NCBI GenBank assembly: GCA_964016885.1
Contig: OZ024743.1
Span: forward strand, 148,552,001-148,616,000
Direction of reading: 5' to 3'
From: Eledone cirrhosa
Taxonomy: Eukaryota
DNA length: 64,000 bases
A program made the translations under genes and the position numbers. The notes below the pieces were generated by a model. The model worked only from the letters and a program-made list of their open reading frames with translations. It searched no databases and was not told the origin of the DNA. Below are positions 54,573-64,000 of this stretch, in pieces; the stretch's first letter is position 1, and each line of letters starts with the position of its first letter.

Positions 54573-57424
54573 TTCTTCTATTCTCTCACCCTCTTTTTCC
54601 TTCTCTGGGAGAAATCTGCTGTACTCCCTCAGAAGTTACAGGACAATGCAGTCATTATTTATTTTGAGAAACAGGGGCTACAATCATTGTTTTCTGTTGT
54701 TGTTTTTTAGACTCTCCTAGAATGGACATGACTTTTGCTGAAATAATTAAGTCTTCCAAGCTTGTGTTGATAATATGTAGATTTTGTTATCTTTGTTCAG
54801 CCTGTCAAAGATTTCAAGTAAAACCTTTAAGGTTCCTCTAGAGCAGTGAAGCATATGATCCAGGTAAACAAGTAGTGGTCCATACCAAAGTTATGGTGGT
54901 TCATTGCAAGGTTTGTCTTAATATCTGCATGATGCAATTATGAGTAAATTTAAACTATATGAAATATTTCTCATGAATTGTGTGGCTCATCTTCTGAAAG
55001 TGGTTGTCCATCACTGGTTTAGTGGTCAAATTATTCATGGTCAATATAACAAAAACTAATGTACTGCTTATTGATAGAGAACACAAGATCCAATAGTCTA
55101 GTGAGAAGTATCTTCATACTTAGTTCAAACAAGGGATACAGTAAGATGTCTAAACAGGCTGGCAAAGAATTGGAACTACTGATATGAGTAGATATGTAAA
55201 TCAATTGTATACGGTTTCAGCATGCTGGCAAATAAAGATATGTCAATCGGTTGAATGGCACATTTTTCTATGTATCAGGTTTGAGTGCTTGTGTGTCTCT
55301 GTAGTAGTGTAACTGTCCCATATATGTCAACAATATTCTAATGTAGCTTGGAAGGGCATGCAACATATCAGGTCAGGAATCAATGTCAGCACTTCAAACA
55401 GTAAATGAAGTCCATGAATTTCCTAAAAGATTCAGAAGATGAAGTAGTAGTAGTTGTTGTGTAGCCTCAAGTCAACTTTGATTCAACAATATTTTCATGA
55501 ATGATGTTCTAGTCATGGCCCTCACACGTTTTTTGGAGGTCATCAAGGGTTGCATTACTGAATGTATTTTTTCTGTTACCACATAGAAGCTCCCTCACTA
55601 GAAGCAATAATTCACCATGGTTACATAACCAATACTGGAAGAGGCTGTAGAGAAAATATAGTAGCTAGAGTAAAAATAGATGGAAGAAGTTAAGTGAGCT
55701 ATTATGTTTGCTGGGCAGCAAAGTATTTCCATCTTCAGGCAAAAGACAGACATTATGAAATAGGCATATGGAGTATAATGCTTCCTGTCATGAATACTGA
55801 ATAGAGTGGACCCACAAAGGTTACAGAAAGTGAGTCGTTAATGTGTGGATGATTGCTGATAATTTACCTTAGATAGTAACTAGCTATAAAAGTTATCAAT
55901 GGATGTACTCAGCAGAGACAACTGCTTTACCCTTTAGCATTTAGCATTTAAACAAGCCATATCCGGCCAGAAATCTCTCACCTCTTTCTGTTCAAACTGG
56001 CTGTAACTGACCACTCATACCTACATTAAGGTAATGTTCTCAAAATAAATAACATCAAAATCTTGTAGATTCGATATTATGTGAGATAATTATGTAAGAT
56101 AAAGCCTTTAATGTGAAAATACAATAGTAAATATAGTAATGTGAATGTTAAAGGGTTAAAAGACATGGTATATGGACTATAGATGAATACTAGGTGAAAA
56201 AGTACCATGTGGGTGGTAGAAGCTCGTGTAATACTTGGGAAGAAATGGTGAAGTCAGACATGAAAACTCTAAAAATTGCATTTAATATGACATAAGAGCA
56301 TAATGAATGATGACATGCTGTACAGCAGTTGCGTATGCACCTCATGCAACATTGGTAAAACAAATATTAAAGCAATGATTATAATGATTTTGTCGAAAAG
56401 TTGCATTACTAGCCAACTCTATTAATATATGCTGGCATTATATATGATATACACCTACACCTTAATGTACTCCAGGTATAAGATTTAAACTATAATTCTT
56501 GTGGTGAGCAGTTACCTATTAGTATGGTTGATGGTTAATAGAGGGTTAAACTATGTCTTAGTAACTACCAATTCATTACATACACCAACTTATCTTACAT
56601 GCTCACATCTATGGCATAATCCCACCCAATCTATTCCCTTGTACCTGCATTAAAAATAAATGTTTTAACTCTTCTAGGGAGCTGAAAGATTGAAATGGCA
56701 AGAGTTAACTTAAGCAAGTTTTGAACTTTGAACAGGTTTAAATCAGTGAAAGCATATAATAAAGCAGGCAAACTTACATTCTACTAACTCGTTCATTTCC
56801 ACTAAACTTTGCTTAAATTTGTTTTCATTTAATATTGATTTATTTGTAGTTGTTTTTAATTATTTCTTTGTATATCATTTTTAAGAGGGTGTATTTTTTA
56901 AACTCTGATTACCAATATTGGAATCAAGTGGTGTTACTGTTCTCTAGGTTCAAATTTCAAGACAAGTTTAGATGAATATATTTGATCATCGGATATGTTG
57001 TTAGTAGGAAACCTGAGAACTGTTGCAGGAAATAATTCTAAACCTTTCTTCCTCACTAACTGTTTCTTCCTTTTTATTTCTTGAAATACTTTTTCAATGT
57101 TTTTCTCTCACTCTTTTTCCCTCTCGCATACACTCTCTCCCTCATTTATATTTTCTCTCTCCCTCTCTCTGTATTACTATCACCACCACCATTGTCATCA
57201 TAGTAATTATTGCTGTCAATGTTGTAATCGTCATCATTATATCTGCCACCATTGTAAACATAGAGACAGATACTGATATAGATACATTCACACACACACA
57301 CACACACATAATCACACACATATACACTCAAACAAACACACATAGTGAATTCTGTTTTCATAAAACATATTCACACTCAGAGTTAACACTTGGTTACTTT
57401 ATTCTTTATATTCTTGCCATATTT

Positions 57425-58301
57425 TAAATATGCTGGGTCCATCAACTCCTTATTATTATTATCTCCCAACTAGCAGACTAATGAGAGTAAGTTAAACAAT
57501 TTTTCACTTTTTTTATTGTGTTTATGTTTTGATATGCGCTCTAATTTCCTGCTATTAATTTTATCTCTCACTCTTTTAAGTTGTGAATTAGACTGGTTTT
57601 ACGCACGCGGCTGCCACATTTCAGCTCGCTACTATATCGCTCTATAATAGATAATGGAATTTAAAGTCCGTTAAAGGTTCTTGGCACTACCATAGTTACT
57701 ATCGCTTTCCTCTAGCCATGGGACTTGGAGACATGAGCCGAATGCTACCATTCTATTATACATCGATTTGGACTGCTATTTCTAATAACCATCTTTTCAT
57801 CTCTTATTAATTTGCGTGTGAGACACGTTGGCTGAGGGCTTTTGACGGGAATGAAAAGATTTGTTTTCTATTCTCCCGCCACCACGTAAAGTTTGTAAAT
57901 CGGTGGCTAGTCGAGGGACAGAGTTGTATCGGATTCCAGTTGCTATTCGCTTTACCGTATCAGTTGTCACAAACAGTCATAGCCAGCATGGGCTGGGGTT
58001 TGGATTCTGTCGATCGATTTGTTATTGATTAGGCGAGACCCGCTGATGAGGCTGCATACACCGATTATGCATTGTTGCATAATATATACAGACGGAGGGT
58101 GCAGTGCACCTTACTACTGCATTAAGTGGGGCCGAAACTCGAGTCTGGGAACTATTATAGGCACCGCACCCGTTTTACGTGTGTTGTATTGAACCGAATA
58201 ACTGTGTATACTCTGTATATCTTACATTGCCCATTGAGTATGCTGAGATACAACCGGTCCTGGCATTGATAAATATTCTGGGTCCGTCAACTCATTATTA
58301 T
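57425..58301 (+). mobile_element. 845-bp CpG-rich non-coding element with a 32-bp terminal direct repeat and a hammerhead
   Basis: TAAATATKCTGGGTCCRTCAACTCMTTATTAT at 57425 and 58270. Confidence 0.75.
58039..58149 (+). ncRNA. Type I hammerhead with branched stem II insertion
   Basis: CCCG-CTGATGA-GGCT...GGCC-GAAAC-TCGA-GTC-TGGG; palindromic ACTCGAGT. Confidence 0.85.
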
Positions 58302-58307
58302 ATATAA

Positions 58308-58500
58308 GGGGCGGTGGATTGGTAGTATCGGTAGAGGGTCGGACGCCATGCTTTCCAGCATAGTTACGTCCCTTTACGGTCTGAGTTCAAATCATGTCGA
58401 GGTTAACTTTACCTTTCATCCTTACGGGGTCGATAAAATAAAGTACCAGTAATGCACTGGGTAATTGCTGGCCTTGTGCCAAAAGTAGAAACAATTATTA
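58308..58500 (+). mobile_element. SINE, best copy of a family also seen near 4640-5010, 39190-39360, 60610-60780, 62420-63040 and 63200-63420
   Basis: B-box-like GAGTTCAAATC and conserved CTTTCATCCTTACGGGGTCGATAAAATAAAGTACCAGT. Confidence 0.75.
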
Positions 58501-58527
58501 TATATATATAAATATATATATATGTAA

Positions 58528-58562
<35 letters not shown>

Positions 58563-58623
58563 AGTATATATATATATATATATATATGTAAGTATATATA
58601 TATATATATATATATATATGTAA

Positions 58624-58660
<37 letters not shown>

Positions 58661-58661
58661 A

Positions 58662-58714
<53 letters not shown>

Positions 58715-58739
58715 AGTATATATATATATATATATGTAA

Positions 58740-58776
<37 letters not shown>

Positions 58777-58795
58777 AGTATATATATATATATAT
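58500..58795. repeat. (TA)n punctuated by GTAAG, forming a higher-order minisatellite
   Basis: TGTAAG recurs between TA runs of variable length. Confidence 0.9.
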
Positions 58796-59147
58796 TGTCC
58801 TTTCTATATATTTTTTATCCTTTTTATAAGCCTATGCATACTCTATATTTGTGTAATTAATCAAAAGGTATCACTTTTCTCTACATGTTTTATATCCCAA
58901 TGTGACCTGGAATGTAAAGTATCAACCTTAAATTACTGAAACCATCGTGTTTGCCAGAGGTTCACTTAGGATATGGGATTCTCTGCCTTTCCATTGCTTA
59001 TTCCAATGTTTTAACCTGTGTACACCCTATATTGAACACACACACACACACACACATATATATAACCATCTCTATGCAAAAAGGCATATAGCGTATAGCT
59101 TATATACATATATATATAAAAACCACAGACCCTCCATCTCAACTCAC

Positions 59148-59184
59148 CTTTTGAAAAGCAGAAGAACTGCGAAACTGGTAAAAG
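59148..59184 (+). ncRNA. Degenerate minimal hammerhead in a TA-flanked insert
   Basis: CTTT-TGAAAA-GCAG AAGAA CTGC-GAAAC-TG-GTA-AAAG; the CUGANGA box is damaged. Confidence 0.5.
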
Positions 59185-59320
59185 AACCAAATAAATATAT
59201 ATATTTTAAAAAAAATAAGACTCCAGTTGCATTTTCGATTTCATCTCTTTTTCTTTATACTTTTACTCGTGTAGGACACCTCGGTTATTTTTCAATTTGT
59301 AAAAAAAACCTCACTTTCTA

Positions 59321-59393
<73 letters not shown>

Positions 59394-60879
59394 AATCAGT
59401 TGAAGCATGCATAAACTTTAATGAAATGATTTGAAATATCATCTTTATTCATCTCTTGAGTATATAATAGGTGTATTAAGATTAGATGAAATATTGTGCC
59501 ATGAACAGGAGAAAAATTTGAAATTTTGGACATGGTTCTTTATTTTTCTCCCTAATGAAGGATTTTACCTGATATTTTTTTCTCTTTTTATGACACATCA
59601 GCATACCTCACTTTATACGTTTTTCTAGTACTGACAAAATGCCCTCTCTCACATCTCAGACTACCCTCTCTCAGCATCTTGTCACATTTATATTTTTGTT
59701 CATGTTTATTTATTATCATTTTTTTGTTAATCTCAAAAAGGAAACAAACATAAATTAAATAAATTTCAATATACATAGTAAAATAAAATATATATTAAAA
59801 CAGTAGAACGTTTTTTAATGAAACCTTGCTTTTTTTTTAAACAAATAAATAATGATTTGAAGTTGCCATCTCAATGTCAACTTTGCCCCAGGGATAAAAA
59901 ATGTAATCGGATGTGAGTGCAGGAGAAATCATGACACCTCATAGGTTTCCTGCTCAACTTTAATTTCCCTTCTGTGTCCAGCTTTATTTAATGACTTACA
60001 CATGAAACACTGATGTAAACATTACCTTAACAACATGAAAAATAACTTTTCAAGATCTCCCTCACCACCATCACCAACAACAACACTGCCACCATAATCC
60101 CTCTTTCCACCACCCCACCCCCACTATCGCCAGTATCATACACGCCCATCATAATAACAAATACTATAACAATTGTTACCACCACTGTCGGCACTACCAC
60201 TATCACGATCATCCTTACCTCTACCACCCATACACCAAACATCATTGACATCGTCAGCATCAACAGTATCAGTACTGCCACACCTCCAGCTTCAAACACA
60301 CCCTGGAGTCAGACAGAAAGGTGGTTGAGTTGAATAACGTCTGAAAATTCTACATGTTCATTCTGGTTTGTAAAATTAGAAGTCATTACAAAAAAAAGAA
60401 TAAATAAAGACATAATATTAGAAAGACAGAAAGTGAAAGAGAATGAAAAACAAAATACTAAAGAGAGAATGACATTAGAAAGAAAGAAAAAAGATCGAAA
60501 GAAAGTAAGAAAGTGTGATGAAGGAATGAAGGAAGGCACACTAGACAAAATAAGAAAAACAGAATGAAAGACATAAGTAAGAAGGAAAGAAAGAAAAATA
60601 ATAATTGTTTATACTTTAAGCACAAGGTCAGCAATTTGAATGGGTGGGGAAAGGCAATTAAATTGACCCCAATGCTTACTGGTTTAGTGTTATCAACCCC
60701 GTAAGGATGAAAGCATAACTAACTTCAGAGTATAAAGGGTTGTTATTCTATGCAGCAAAGCATGGTGTCCAGGGCTTACATTAAGAAAACATTAAAGATG
60801 GTTTTAAACGATATAGTGTGGGTTTTTTGTGTAAAATAAAATTCATAATAGAGACTAAGAAAATAAATATTAAAAAAAA

Positions 60880-61315
60880 TAAAGGTGGGGAGACTCAAAG
60901 TGTCACTCATGGAGAAAGCTCCCTAAAAGCCAAGGTGACCCTGTCTGCTAAGGAAAAGTGCCCTCTCTCAGTTCTTCTCCTTCAATCTACAGGCATATAC
61001 TCAAGGCAGGCCTATTAACACAGACCATGCTCGCTACTCTCACCCACTTTTCAAGAAACTGGTTGGAAGGCATTTCCCTCTCCACCCTGATTTTCCTCTT
61101 CCAGTGAAACCTGAAAAAATTAACCAAGGCTTTGCAGAAGAGGAAAGTGGTTGTCTTAAATCCTTTCAAACACGTCCACCACACAACCTCTCTTGCCATG
61201 GCCACCAGACAGATAAAAACTGCCTGTCCTCCTCTAAAGGAAGACGGTAGAATGATCTTAACAATGGGCTCAGCTGATTGTTGGATCTGTCTTGCACATG
61301 ATAGCAGGTGCAATG
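60880..61315 (-). pseudogene. Probable L1/Tx1-like ORF2 C-terminus and 3' UTR
   Basis: AMAREVVWW...FFRFHWKRKIRVERE...FLEKW resembles Tx1-type C-termini (recalled pattern, not searched). Confidence 0.5.
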
Positions 61316-64000
61316 ATAATAATATAGGAAGAAACAAATATTTTCATTTATCTGGCAAGTATAAGAAAAAAAGTGTTAGCATATTTAATACCTCCTGCAT
61401 TAAATGTCAACTAGAAATATATATATGTTGAAGAAAGTTCTTCACCCATTTATTCCTGGGAGGATCATGGTTAAAAATGAAAAAGAAAACAATATTAGTC
61501 TATAAAAAATAATTTATATTATTCTGCTTGTCATGACATATGTTTGAGTATAACACTTTCAACAACTGTAACTATAGGATGAAATCAAAGACTTAATTGA
61601 AATCTTCAACAACAAAAGATACATGTGAGTGTTGCACTTTAAACAAGCTTAACTATGGAATAAAATTGAAGACATAATCATAATATCTAACATAATGATA
61701 CTAGTTTAAGTTCATTCCATATTTAAGCTTTAAAGAACTTAACTGTGGAACATATTTGATGACATAATTGAACTCTTTACTATAATTAAACAATGTTACA
61801 TAGACATATAAACTTATGCATCAATCTAGAAATTAGAACATTTATGAAACGTGATTTATAAAGGTTCTGCAAGTATTTGATAAATTAGGAAAACTATATT
61901 ATTTTCATTTATCTGGTAAGTATAAATGACAATTCAAGGTGTGTTTCAATTTTATTCTGAACTCATTAGCAAAACATAAACTCTGCTTATTATACTTGGC
62001 AAAATAGTTGAGAATTATTTATTACAGCTACAAGATTGCACATTTGTTTATACATTGAATATTAAACAAATGAAATTTGCATGATATCAATTAGTAAATT
62101 AACTTATTTATTATTCTAAATATGTTAACACAAGTCAAGTGTCTGTGTGAACTGAGAGAATAAAATAATCAGACACTACAATATCTGGTATTTTATTGCT
62201 TTCATTCCACCTACTAATTAGATTTTTTATTAATATACAAGTATTGAATTAGTCTAGAACTAAGAGAGCCTCTATAGGATCACTTCGTTTACTACAAAAA
62301 GCAACCAAATCTTCATCAAATTTCAGGCTTCTATCTTGAAAAGAGAATGGGACATTGAATACTGAAATTGGAGATATACAACACCAAAGTTCCATTGGCA
62401 ACATGGATTAAATGTCATAGATCCCTACAGCCTGAGTCCAAATCCTGGGAGGGTCAACTTTACCTTTCATCCTTTTGAGGTCAATAGATAATGTACCTGT
62501 TTAGGGCAATGGATTGTCAGAATTGTTAGAGCATCAGAGAAAATGCCTCACAGTATATGTTCTGGCTCGGTGCATTCTGAGTTCAGATCTTGCTTTCTGT
62601 TATTGGAATAACGATGACATGATATGACTCTGACTCTTATTTTTATATCACTTAAGAAATCTCTTATTAGATGTTCCATGGTAATTGATAATATTATCCC
62701 ATAAAGCAATGATATAACTAATTTGTGTATATGTGCAGAGGGAGAGAATTCCATAATTTTTTAGCCAGGTCATTATAGTCTTCATTCTATAATGGTACAC
62801 TCTATATACAGTAAATTGGCAGGTATCATTAGAGCATGAGGTAGAATATTTTCTGGTATTTGCTCTGGCTTTCTGTATTCTGTGTTCAAATACCAAAGAA
62901 GTCAACTTTACCTTTTATCATTTCAGGATAAGATAAAGTATAAGTCCAGGACAGTAAATTGGCAGAATTATTAGAGAATCAACTAAAATATCTTGCACTA
63001 TCTGTTTGGCAATTTACATTCTGTCTAGATTCAAATCCCACTGATGACCAAGGCTAATCATCCTACCTGGGGACTACAACTGATTAGCTGCAATGAGTGG
63101 AAGAGGATTGTGGCTATCTACTACTGCAGTTAAATAAAGATGACAGGGGGAGGGAGGAAAATCTACAAAATGACATAACTAATTCCAGTATTAACTAATG
63201 GTTTCTGACATGGGCACAAGGCATACCATTTTGGGGGAGGGGAAAGTCGATGAGATTGACCCCCAATGCATTACAGGTACTTTATGTTATTGACCCCATA
63301 AGGATGAAAGCCAACGCTACACTTGGCAGGATTTGATCAAAGAACATAAAGGGCCATAAACTCTATGCTGCAAGACATGTTGTCTGATGCTCTACTGATA
63401 CTGCCAATCCATTGCTCTTCCAGTATTAAGTAATAGAAATCATAATCAGTATTTACAGTCTTTTAAACTTGACCTTTTTACAAAGAATCAACCCCTATAA
63501 ATGTTATACTTAACTTATCTAGATTCCTACAAGAGAAAAATGAGGAAAAGAAACAATTTTCCAACAAATAATTTTGTTTCCTTTTACATGTATATCCAAA
63601 CACTATTTTTTCTTTCTGATTTTCAGATTTTCAGATATTACAACTTCTCCATGTCAATTTACCTTTTGTTTATTAGCAGTATTATCATTTTATTTCTTTT
63701 GGGTTATTTTATGATTTTTGCTGTTGGTACTGCTGCCTCTGCGGCTGCTGAGTTGTAAAATAGTATTTTTTTAAATAAAAATAAAAATATATAAATGGAA
63801 GAAATAAAAATTTAACTAAAATGAATTAAAAAAACGACCAACAGAATATAATAATAGTGATAAACAATCCAAATTTTCGTTGTTGTTGATGTTGTGGTTG
63901 TTGTTCTTGCTACTGATTGTTATTGCTGTTATTTTCCGAAAAAAAAAGTTTCTTATTTTTTTGCTTTTGTCTTTGCTCTAGTTGTCTTTATTGTTTTCTT

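Noticed and set aside
63040-63105. CTGATGA followed by a CTAATCA/TGATTAG hairpin
   Set aside because: No GAAAH box or cleavage triplet

Overview
AT-rich, microsatellite-saturated eukaryotic DNA with no confidently identifiable host gene. The repeat content suggests a cephalopod such as Octopus; this is an inference from repeats only. Nearly all ORF-track entries are microsatellite artefacts. The real coding content is retroelement-derived: RTE-type LINEs (including a young PHD-finger RTE family present in three copies), R4/Dong-like, CRE-like and L1/Tx1-like fragments, tRNA-derived SINEs, and two Penelope-like elements (PLEs; RT plus C-terminal GIY-YIG) side by side. The main hidden signal is a dense set of minimal type I hammerhead ribozyme (HHR) motifs, about 10 with intact cores plus several degenerate ones. 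They belong to at least 7 unrelated sequence families and sit in short non-coding elements that are mostly bounded by (TA)n and arranged as tandem and/or inverted copies. These look like PLE pseudo-LTRs (pLTRs) or retrozyme-like non-autonomous elements. HHRs in PLE pLTRs and animal non-LTR retrozymes are established knowledge; whether these particular families are described cannot be judged without a search. All folds and coordinates were read by eye and may be off by a few bases.
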